DNA of 64,000 nucleotides, taken from assembly GCA_903813345.2 (NCBI GenBank), contig CAIIXF020000001.1, positions 21,638,001-21,702,000 of the forward strand. Direction: 5' to 3'. Under the pieces are notes generated by a model. The model worked only from the letters and a program-made list of their open reading frames with translations, had not been told where the DNA came from and did not search any database. The DNA is from Owenia fusiformis. Taxonomy: Eukaryota. The position numbers were made by a program, and so were the translations under genes. Positions 27,701-39,600 of the stretch are shown here, in pieces; within the stretch, counting starts at the first letter, position 1, and the number at the start of each line of letters is the position of its first letter.

Positions 27701-28176
27701 AGATTTCCTTCTGTCACTTAACATATTTTTACTAAATACCAATACATGTAGAAGGTTCAAAACAAATCGCATACATACATTGTAGTAGACATCTAGTATT
27801 TATATGATTCCATGGAAGAATACAATCATATGTCAATATACCTACATATTCACTCTCTATTATAACTGAGGGATTAAGAAGAAATAAACATTCACTTTCC
27901 AGTTAAATCCATAAGTCTTTAGCAATGTAGAAATCTGCATGGAAGATTTAAGCAATACTTGAACCTTGGTGAAATATGCAAAATAAGAAAATTATGTCCA
28001 AAAATGGCAAGTGCTTGATATGACATACCTTTACAATTGATGTCTAAGCCAATGCGCCCCTCTTTAGATTCCTTCAGGAGTGCTTCTACTAATTGTGCAT
28101 TGCCCTGTCTGGATGTGAGAAGTAGCTGGTCTTCACTTGTTACATCCTCCTCTATTATGTCTGAGTCTGCACTCAT
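21724..28176 (-). CDS. OSBPL1A: Oxysterol-binding protein-related protein 1 long form (ORP1L)-like, N-terminal part (ankyrin repeats, PH domain, start of coiled coil); 3'-partial
   Basis: Manually spliced GT-AG exons with matching phases: 28176-28029 (ATG), 27022-26937, 26798-26612, 25927-25842, 25531-25387, 25084-24972, 24331-24261, 24085-24022, 23537-23430, 23029-22904, 21814-21724 (1225 nt, open throughout). Encodes ANK motifs (INCKGTSKSNHGWTPLLLASYFGHKEVVQLLLE, GDTPLHRAAYTGR, GNSALHCAAYR), then a PH domain (FEGTLLK...WVVLDRGVMS...QKWLNALQEH), then LQDALQTSQAHQQLLERQ. This is the ORP1L architecture. No FFAT or ORD exons were found in the window. Confidence 0.88.
23737..23919. repeat. Intronic tandem duplication of ~95 bp
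   Basis: ttatgtgagttgatgtct...acatttgggtaggagaaa occurs twice in direct succession. Confidence 0.85.
25976..26346. mobile_element. Degenerate Tc1/mariner-type MITE
   Basis: TA|cagggtgagtcaaaaga ... tctttgggaccactctg|TA: imperfect TIRs with TA flanks. Confidence 0.55.
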
Positions 28177-28871
28177 ACTGCGTGAAGCAAATCACCTTCT
28201 GGAACAAACATATAATTTACATACATATTTCCACATATATACTCCAAACCTATTTAATGGTAAAAAATTATTTTTCTATAATCTGTTTTATTTCATTATA
28301 TGATAGACAAATACAAATTGTTGCTGATATGAGTGACCAATCGCTATGAAAGGATAGCATTTTAGGTTCATTCTTAGTTTTTTAAATACGAGTATAACAA
28401 AGTGTATGTGAAAAAGATGTATTTTTCTGACAAAGGGGGTTTACTGGTATTTGCTGGGTAATGGTGCTGGGGCAAAGTAATAAGATGATCTGTTTGAACA
28501 AGAGGAGGCTGTCTTGAGCATTAAGTGGAATTGTCTGATAAGAAATTGTAACTAGTTTTGGTAGAAAATTATCTAATCTGATACTTGCACAGGCCCATAG
28601 ATATGCATGCACTTCCATCAAATGGTGATTATGACCCAGATCTTAGATTACATGGTATAGTATTATTGTAACAGGAGATACCAGTTTTATTAAAATATTA
28701 AACATTTAAAAAACAGTTTCCATGCAGACATCTTACATGTAATATACTGTTTTTGAATCTTGCTAGAAAGTTTCAATTCGACTCGGTAAATGAAGTCTTG
28801 ATCAGTGATAATGTCCATGGGCATGTAAGACATGGCTGCAATGCTATATATTCAATGTGGAAAAGTCAATC

Positions 28872-28950
28872 GGCTGAATAGCTAGTGGTAGAGCACTCAT
28901 CTGCAAAGCGAGGGATCCACACTAGGGTAGAGTGACTTTTTCACATTATC
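28872..28950 (+). mobile_element. tRNA-derived SINE head remnant or tRNA-like pseudogene
   Basis: ggctgaatagctagtggtagagcactcatctgcaaagcgaggg resembles a tRNA 5' half with an A box. No intact T-arm/B box. Confidence 0.45.
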
Positions 28951-29992
28951 CCAGTTAGCCCAAAATTTCATTCTGTGTTTTCATTAACCACAAAGGCCAG
29001 TGATGTAGGAAACATTTCAGGATTTAATTTAAGAAGCTGATTTCAGTTTTTCACTTTCAGGCATCATGATCCTGAAGTAGCTGATAGGGGGGGGGGATGA
29101 CTAAGTAAGCCAGCAGCTAGCATTTGAAAGAGGTAACCTTATCCAATTCCATGAATTTTAGTCCTGGCTCCAATGATTGTTCAGGCATCAAAAGAATTCT
29201 ACTAATCAGTTATAAATTTTCATGTAGTTGAACCCCCAATCTTATGGGTTACAGACACACTGTAACATACAACTGACAAAATGGTTAAAAACATTTTCTC
29301 AGGCTTTAGAGTCCATTTTATGGTTTAAAACCTTCTCTGGTGATTCTATTTTCGAATTATGCATGAAGGTCCATTCAAAGTCGCCTATTGAACCTTGAAA
29401 AGCGATATTTAGACTGAGGATCGAAAGGTGTTCACAACAACTTTCGTCTCATCTTTATAACGACAGACCGAAAGTGAATTTTCGAATTGAGTAAATGGTG
29501 ATAATGTTCTTTTTTTATAAAGCAGGGAAGTCAAAACATTACTAATAGAAATCATACTAAGGGCACTAAGCATTAGAAGATAATTTAGAAGCATTTAAAA
29601 TCGAATCCACGGCAAAATCTGAATAATTAAAATACTCATACCCGGACGTTACAGAACGCACTTCGGGTTTTATTAATCAAAAAATATTTTTATGAATTTA
29701 TCCAATTTAAATACGGTATATGTATACTTGCGTTGATTGTTAAATTGAAAAATAGGTAGGGTAAAGAATAGATCTCGTCCTAGAAGTAATAATTTGTGAC
29801 TTATATCTCCCCAACGTTGGAGAAACTGCCTGAACAATGATTAGATCGTACAACCACAAGGTGGGGTGGTAACAGTCAATACAGAGGTGAAATTTCTAAA
29901 GCATGAAGTTGAAAGTCAAGTACAGTAGGGATCATAAAGAATTGCAAAAGCTATGAAAATTACATGCTGTCGCACATGTAATAAATTCTTAC

Positions 29993-30230
29993 CTCAGTGT
30001 ATTCAGTGCTCTATTTTCTCCGTCTGAGTAAGTCCAAATATAGTGGAATTTGTGTCCCTAATGACAAATAAGAACTTCAAAAGTTGAAGTGGATATTCAC
30101 ATGTTATGCCGACTCTTCAAATGTTGAGGTGATTTTGTTGCCCGATTGCGCCGGAACGGAGGATTGGCTCCCAGAATGCAATATGACACGTGCCAGCTTT
30201 CAAAATGCTGTTCCGCCATTTTGAAACCTG
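29993..30230 (-). promoter_or_regulatory. Probable non-coding first exon and promoter of the OSBPL1A-like gene
   Basis: Strong donor GAG|gtaaga at 29993/29992, local CpG enrichment, YY1-type AAAATGGCGG on the minus strand near 30213-30222. The ATG exon has an acceptor at 28198, so an upstream exon is expected. Confidence 0.5.
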
Positions 30231-33200
30231 TCATGAGTAAATATGGTAACTGATGTTGCATTCTGGGAGTCAACCGTCCTTGGATAACAAACATGGCGAT
30301 TCATGAAAACATTCATTCGATTTGGTAGGGATTTATCCATTATTTGCAGGTATGAAGCTTTGGATTCATTTATTGTGCTACTTTAGTGAACAGGAATTAT
30401 TTTTCTACCGCTTGGGAGAGTTTGAGACACGAAACTTGGAAATTAGCTCATTGTGACAACTTGTGAACGTTGAGTTTTATTTTTGTCCCCAACTTTATAA
30501 GCTTTTTCTTAGTCTATTAGGAAAAAAATCTTAAAAACCCAAGTGTACTTGTGTGTAGTAAGTAATGTCACAACGAAACTGAAAAGTAATTTTTTTTCAC
30601 TGAAATTTTTTTCAAAGATAACTTACTTACTTTGTGGCTTGTTTCCTAATTCTATCATCAACCTTTACTTTATTTTGTCGACTAGAAGCTCCTGATAATT
30701 TATCTGAAAGGGGGCTTCATCAAATCGGTCGCAAATAACTCGGTTTGATTCAATTGAATGAACTTTGTTCGGTTCCCTCTTTTTTGCTAATTTTGACCGG
30801 AAGTGACTGAAGGGAGCATACATTATTTGTTTGGCCAAACATTTTTGTAGTACTGACAGTACATAATTAATGATATCATAATAGCATATAAACCCTAAAC
30901 TGATTATAGTTTAATGAAAATAAAGTTATCACATAATTCTGCTAATTTGAAGTGGGGTCCCTGGGCCGACCAGTGGGTGTTTTCCGTAGTATTTCGTTCG
31001 GTGCGTTCCTGAAGGAATACATGTAAGGGGAGGGGAATTTCCTTCTTTTGAATAAAGACTAAAGAGTATGGAATTCCACTTTATGTCACTTAAAATACTG
31101 TTTATCAATGTAGCAAGTAAAAAGCATTCTGTTATGTATTCAAAAAATATAATCAGGGGTTATAACCAGGATTTAAAATCAGGTGAGGCTAGCAGTAGGA
31201 TGAATAGGCGAGGTAAATATTTAGACTTTTGGTTGATTGTTAGCATTTGACTTAGTTTCCACAGTTTTAGTTGAAAAAGCATCTGAAAAATGTAATCATG
31301 TAAAATTTTTGTGAGACAGTTGCCTCGCCTGGATAGGCCAATGTTTGATATAGTTTAGCAAGTATCACGGACAGCACTGTCTTTTTAGGATATTGTAGAG
31401 ATTTCTGATTGTGTTTGGTTTGTATCTACATATGTTTTTGTATACACTGATTGGTTAAACCCACTAGGACGCATTATCAATCTGTGTTGTCTATGATATT
31501 ATTACTGGCATTTAGGCTGAACAACTGTTGATACAATGTATTTAATGATTGAGAAAACGAGTGGGAGGGGGTTAACACCGTGACTAAATATACTAGTAAC
31601 CCATGATTAAATGAGGCATTAGCACCCAAAATGTCACCACCTACCATTTGTTACAGGCCTAATGTTACAAACACCAAACGCCACCGCTGGAGACTATAAC
31701 ACACTCTGGGTTGTGACATGAAAACCATAATCAGATTGTTAAAAGATTTATGTGGATGAATATTCATTAGAAATGGTCAAAAAGAAAATACTTCAAATTC
31801 CATAAGGTAGGATACAAAATAAAACAAGTTTCAGTAATATCTATATTTTATCAGTTTATCAGGTTCCTTTATTTTTACATATATTACAGTTTGATATTTG
31901 ATAATAATACTAATGTACAGTTAAAATAGGTTCAGATACAATCCAATGGTTTAATAATATATAATGAGTAATCTTTCACATGTAACATGTATAGTAATCA
32001 TTGCACCAATAATACTTTAAATACACCATGATGATCTTTAGTTTTTCAGTTGTATAATATGTAATGTGTTCTAACATGAATAAGAATTTATTGTTTTTGA
32101 AAATAATGATGCAAATTAGAAATATTTTTGACATTTTTTAACATTTCAGGCCTGCAGCCAGGGACCTCCCCCAGCCAAAACTTCTTTCAAAATTATGCAG
32201 TTTTCACCATTTTTATGTGATTTTGGGCCAAATTTGTCAAATATGAACAGAACTTCCTGGAATTTCTTTAAAGCTGAACCCCATTGGCAAAAGCTGGCTA
32301 CAGGCCTGGTTTTATTGACATGCTTGAAAAATATGACCCAGCATATGGTAAAGTGCCATCTATTGGATAACCTTGGAGATTATAATTGAGAAAACATTGT
32401 CGAAACCTTTCTAATGTGAGTATGGGCTTGACCAGCTTAAAATATTCACATTAAGGTTTTCACATTGATAACATGGAAGTTAATGAGACAACCAAATTCA
32501 AAGCAAAAACTGAGCCAAAAATGGATTGCAATTTTAAAAAAAAACATAGGATCCTGCTGTGTAACTTGATATATAAGGATGACATAATATAACAAGGGTA
32601 AGCTGTTGGGGAATGTTATAATATAAAGCCAATGAATTGCAACATTTAGAAAGCATCAGGGATAAATCAAGTTACACAACTGAACGGTATCAATGTTTTA
32701 GATTTAAGTTTTTTAGTATTTACAAAGCTGGATCATTTCAGCAAGAGTCAAATTTTTTCAAATCATCATTTGAATATCAAAACATACATGTATTTCCCCG
32801 AATAAGAGATGTAAAAATTGGGTTAAATATTATGCTACTTTTTACGACAATCTGGTTGTTTCAGTCAACATGAACAAGATACGAAAATCACAGAATTACA
32901 AGACAAAGATGTCATATTATTGTTTTATCTATTAAGTCAGTTTTCTTCAGCAGTGTCAACAATTAGGATATGAGATACAGTGTAGAGATGACAAATATAG
33001 TCATGGACGAAACAAGTGTCATGAATAATGACACAGACACCAAAAACAACATAATATAATATGAAGCTCTTTCAAAACTAATGTACATGACAATTAGTTT
33101 CATTACCTCGATTAACTCCATCAGTACTTTAAACAACCAATCTAAATACAGCATCAGCAGGCAACAGGCGATTTTCACCGGTTGTTTCACAAAATCGCCT

Positions 33201-33673
33201 GTTGTTTTTAGGGACTTTTCAACTTTTCCATGTTAATTCATGATTTCCATTAATTTTGTTGTTTTCATTTATTTAGCCTGTTGTGAGAAATTCTAGTGAC
33301 CCCTGCAATGATAATCAATGCATATCTAAAGCTTTTCCTCTTGCGATAAAGCTCTCAGCCATATAAGTTCAAAACATATCTTGTGTGTCAGTTCTAATAG
33401 ATATAGAGCACCAAACAATATTGATCTCATCCTGCGATTTTTTTCTTCGTAATTTGGAGAGAAACTGGCCTCTTAGAATGAATGATCAACAACACCAAGC
33501 AGACTATACTGTGCCGTGCCATATAACCAGTGAGTCGATTGCACTTTAGCTTCTAATGGCACTGTGGTGTTCCTCCTGCGACACAAGCTTATATGAATTA
33601 TGGTATATTCCGATCTGTACATTGCATCAATAAATACATATATATCCACCAGCGTATGTGCTGTTACTATACA

Positions 33674-36600
33674 CTAAGTCTTTCCAAGGTTTTCTTCCAA
33701 TATGCCATTAGTCTGTGGGCTACTTGGAATTGGTGGGCTTTGGTGTTTATGCCGCACGTTGAACACTTCAGTGATTGCTTTGCGGAAACAGTGGAAATTG
33801 TAGTCTATAAGACCTGGAATCATAAAATAGGTTGATTTAGATAGGAGACAAAAAATTGGAGAAATTCTATCTTGGAAGGAGGTAACATTAGCCAAGTGGA
33901 ACAGTGGAAGGGTCTCTTAAACATGTGTGATTATGCAATGCATATAAAACATCACTCCCACTGACCAAAACAAATAAAGAATTGAGATTATTGAAAGTAG
34001 TCTGCTGTATATGACAAATGGTTGATCCCAAAATATTTCGCATCTATTGTATCAGCGACTTTATATCTTGCACATTGCCAACCCCTGTTGCATCCCATTT
34101 GATTCAGATGTACAAGATTCAGTGTTCAATTGGTAAGATTATCTTATACTAGCACTTTCTTAGCTCACTGTCTCCGTATTCATAAGGTTTCATTTTTTAA
34201 TTCCTCATCCTCTTTTTCATCCAAATCTATCTTCAGATAATACAATGCAGTATTTATTACCTTGTCTTTCAAAGCTATCCTCTCTCATTATACAGACAAT
34301 TGCTAAGAATTTGTTCACTTCCCGTAAATAAAGTATGGTTGCATTGTTCATTTTTATAATAGAAGATGATTGCTGGTCGAATGCACTGTTGTCTGTGTCC
34401 TCACTGCCACTGGAAAAAACATTTGAATGAGTTATTTTAGTCATTAACAATATGGCCCAAAACTTAGATAATATAGCCAGAAATATGTAAAAAAAAATCT
34501 ACTAAAATCAGGACACCACTGTTGTTGACGATTTTAATAAAACACGTTTTGTGATGTCACAACATTATAAACTCATATCATTAAGAATCCTTCATTTAAC
34601 CATAAACTAGAAAAAACAGAGTATCAAATCCCAATGTACTAAACATATTTTATTATCAAATCACTTGTCACTATGAATATTTCATGAGAGAAATAAACAG
34701 GCAATTCTGTTGTCTTCGTAAGGAAAAATCTACAACGATAATGGGAAATGACACCAAATCAGGAATTCTTTCTTCACTAGAGGTGCTACGCCCATATAAG
34801 GCAATGCAAACATCTGATTTTACTAACATCGTCATGTAATATTGAATTGTAGCAAATATAGCAATGGTTTTGTTATGAGGCTAACCAAAGACCTCCATCA
34901 ATAAATGGTCATTATGAAAATTAATCCATCAAGATCTTAACTTTTTGGGCTCTAGAAATAAAATATTTGTCCATGATAAAGATATTTTCCCCCTTAAACG
35001 TCACAATTCAGAAAAATAAGATTTCATTACATAAGCCAAATTTCCCTTACTTCAGCAGATTATCTACTCGACCTGTATAGTAATTGGTACAATAAAGGAT
35101 GCTCTAATCTTACCCATATATACAAGACACATCTATGACTACATCTATCATGTCACAGCAAAGCTCATATGACTGCATGTCAACTGGTGATGAATCTGTG
35201 GCAATGTAGATTTTACTGACGACATCAAACAGAAACGCTTTTTCTATACCAGAATTCTGGAATGAGAAAATATGTGTTTTGTTCTTTGGGGTGAATTGAA
35301 AATCCATTTGCCTTTGTGGTAATTTTTTAATCTCAACTTGTTGCATCTCCCTTTATGTATTTTAGTACACATGTATTAACATTTAACTAAGACATGTACA
35401 ATGAACATACTCGTACAGAATTACATCCAACTCTGGTATCAATATCATGTATTCATTTATTGAAAACTCGATCTGGATTGCATCAACAATTTCAACCTCT
35501 ATTGAATATACACATTCAATTTGTTAAACAAAATCAGTCAATATTTCTTAAAGTATATTCAGTTAATGCTCACATAATGATGACTGGGCTTATTATTTTG
35601 TGTGTTGAAATCTTAATTTCACAAAATATAATACTTACTGAAATAAATATGTTGAGTAGGTTTTCTAAGATGGGTAACTGTGGTATGAGTTTCTGTACTA
35701 CTTTACTGAACGCCTCAAATATTGAGTGGTCATATATACTAGTGAGGTAAAAACTGGAACAAAAAATTGTTTCAATAAATTCCAAAATGACATGTGATTT
35801 TATAATTCATAGAATTAACATCAAAAATATATTTGAAGAAATTGTCCAAATGGGCAATTAAATGAAGATATATTTTGATTAACTTATTTTGTTCAAGGAT
35901 CAAAAAAACATTTATTGAGTTCCTAAACCATACGTACTGTTTTGACTTTGGTTAATATTATACTGTTGATAACTTTTGAGTGAAACAATGTTGGTCTTAC
36001 CTAAGGTGAATTGATTCTAAACCTGCATCTGCTAAGTCATCATTGGCACGCTGGTAAATGTCTCTTTGTGTCTCAATTTTGTGGTCATCTGATAATCCAT
36101 CTACTTTATGGATAAAAACCTGGAAATGTATAAAGTTTATGGTATATCTATACACATCATCAAAACTATTATATAATCTGATATAAATTATTGGAAAAGA
36201 ATAATTGAAAAATATAGAAACTGACTACATTGGCTTAACTGTATTTCTTTACTGACTCTTTAGATGTCATAGCATGGAATATAAGTCTATACAAAAATAA
36301 ATCTATTGAACTACACCAAGCTACACTTGACTACACTAAGCTATCATTCTGCATGTATATGAATTAGGAAGAAAAGTTTATATTTATGCAATAAACCTAC
36401 TTCAAATTTTATGTTTGGGTTGACTTTGTGTGCTCTGGATACAGTAGTGTGTAACCTTGCAAGAGCTTCCATATAGTCATCCTGTAAAAAGAACAGTGCA
36501 CAACTGTTATGTATCTGCTGGTGCAGCATTATAAGTCACAGGTATAAAAGCACTACTTGGAGAGGTAAAATGTGCTCAAATATTGTTCTTCAGAAAAGGA

Positions 36601-39600
36601 ATACTTTTCATGTTCCAGAAAAATTGCCATGTCATTACTAAATGACAATTTCTGCTCTTTTCTAGCAAAAAATCACAGTTCATACTATTACTTTTAAAGA
36701 CAGTATGATAAAAAATGTCCAAAATGTAATTTTAACCCTCCAAGTACTACTTTCAAGGAATTAGAATGGATAGAGAGTAGAATATTGGAAGCAATCTTTC
36801 CAAAATTCGAGCCAGTATTTCCTCAAAAAAAAAGAATTACCAAATATAGAAGTTATTGTTGACAATAAGATGCAGAAATGTCTAAATTCATTAAAATTTC
36901 TTTTTTCTATTTTTGAGATTATCCTGAGATAAAGTCAGAACTCTTGGAAAATAACCGAGACATGGAAAGTGAATGCAAAATATATACATTTCTTTTATTA
37001 TCTAAAGATCTTTGTAATTCATCAACCTAATTAACATCCTATTTGACATCCATCAACCTAATTAACGAATTATAAGCTCCAGTTTTCCACATTACTAACA
37101 TTTCAGAATATTCCCCCTCCTCTATACTAGATTGAGACAAGTCACAGGTTTTATTTCAAGTCAAATATCTCTTGTTGCAATCATCTTGATGCAATCATTT
37201 AAGGCTGGCTGATTCCCTGTATCAATTTACCAGCCAATGTTTAATCCGCAAATATTTTCCATAGTAGGATCCCATATTCAAAGCTGTTTGGAGATTCTTA
37301 CTTGATTCTAGCTAACTACATGTAGTGTGATTTGAAAATGATTAAAAAAACATAAAGCATATTTCTAAATTTGAAGCTTCTCTTAAAATTAAAATGTACT
37401 TTTTAAAATTAAATAGTATCAAAGCAGTATATGTGTATATGATGGACATCTGAAAAAGTGTTCATGCCAAAGACATATGGGAATTGGCAACATGCAAATT
37501 GGTTGGTGAAAACCAACAAAGTATGAGGTACATACAAGCCTTATAATAAGAAGCTTCCAACACATAACTGTGAACATGATGAAACAGGTACAGTGGCTGG
37601 AAAAGCATGTTGATGAGGTGATCAGAATATGACAAGTACTAGGCAAAAGAAAATACTAAACCTGATATTGAAAGCACTAAAATGTCATTTGTTGAGCAAA
37701 ATATTATCAGTACTTTGTTTAAAATGCAGATTTTTTCTCAAGTTATACCATCTTTTGCCAAGTATACTTCTAAGTAAAGGGGCTTGGTATTAATTCATTT
37801 GTATATATCTGAGAATCAATGTTGTTAAGCACCATTCAAATGCTTACGTGAGGCCTGCATTACTGAAGATCGAGACCTGAGACATGAAGTACTGTCCCAG
37901 CCAATGAGTTTTTGAGAGTACCTCGCCCAGGAAGTGGGGACTTTTGAAATGCATATTCCTGATAGTAGAAAGGATGAGTCTGGGAATGAGTCTGGGTATC
38001 GACTTAGAAAATATTGAAAATTGTAATGTCTGAAAAACCAACTCAATTACACATATTATTAAACTTCAATATCTTATTCTACTTCTGAGATTACAAAAAT
38101 ATTAATTTGTATCACAATTGATGAAGAATATTGGCATCAAAGACAGTGCATATCACTTTGTCAGAATTGAAAAAAAAAATCAATGGCAAATATTAAATGA
38201 ATTAATTATGCAAAAAGTTTGAAACTTATCTTCCAAAACATTGGTTACTTTCTTTGTATAGACATTGAATGGTATTTCTGGAAAAGTGAATTGGTGTTTA
38301 TCTTGGTAATCAAGGGATTATAGTCACTCAAAGTTACTGAGCATCCAGTTTTGAGACTTCAATTGTGTTGGTGAAGTTACACATATTCCAGTCAAATTCA
38401 TGCTGAGCACAACATTCTGGTTTCAATTTTATAATCTCTATACGTGACCCTGGTGATGAAGAGTCAGAATCAATCAAAAAACCTAAACCGGAAAACTGTG
38501 CTCATTGTGAAAACTAAAAATGAAGCAACTTTTTTTCTGATATTTCTCATATCAAATGGCAACCATCTTGTTTTTCCCCCTTCAAATTAAACTGGCGGGA
38601 AATTCAAAAATTTGAAAAATTTTTAATCCTTAAATATATTTTTCAAAAATATGATTTTCTCTTTAATTCTTCATGGGTCTTAAGTTATTTCTTCTTTGTA
38701 TGTCATACATGTTGCCATTGGTGTTTTTTCTATGATAATGACTATTTTTTTGTTTGTTAAGATACTTATTCTGACTCTCAGTAGGGGGTTAATTATGCAT
38801 CAAAACTTGTGAAAAAGTAAATATACTTATCAAATATAACTAGGTCAGTAATAAAAACCATATTTCACATACATTTGACTGAGGGACCAAAAGGGCATTT
38901 ACCCAGACACATCCTTTTGACTACATTTCACCAGTCTAATTTTTATTTTGACAAAATCCCTACCCTTTCCTGAGTGGCAATCTCACGCAACAAAACCTTT
39001 GATTGGTGCATAGCGATAATAACAAGGCCCTTTAACAGATGGGATGAACATGAGATTTTGATGAATATAGGCAGTCTACAGCTAAAAAGCTGTGTATGTA
39101 TCAAACCTGAGCATCTATAATAAACAGTATACAATGTTGAGCGCCATATAGATAGTCCCAGTCTATATCTGGATTGTCTGTAAAGTTTGGCTGGCCTGGA
39201 ATCTCTTGCAATGTAAACTGCACAAATGAGCCATTATCTATTTCTGCAAAAACAAACAGATGAGATTTAAGAAGTACAAATTTGGTTATACACATACCTG
39301 GGCATCTATAACAAATATTAGGGCTCCACAACCTCCAAATATGGTTTCTGAGTCGAATGTTGGGTCAAAAAAGTCAATCTGTCCTGGGAAATCCCAAATT
39401 TGAAACTGCACAAATGAACTATTCGACACGTCTGAAATAACAGAAAGACATGCATAACATTTCTTCAATCATGAACACTTTAGAAAGAGTTGCTGATAAT
39501 GAAATTGAAACATTACAACATTAGAGAAATGTGTTTGTCTATGATAACGATTGTTGTTTTTATACTTTTGTTTTCCTCATTTTTATGTGTACTATTCAGT

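Noticed and set aside
36935-37026. Possible intronic C/D snoRNA in a Rag intron (TGATGA...CTGA on the minus strand)
   Set aside because: Boxes only; no convincing terminal stem or recognisable rRNA guide.
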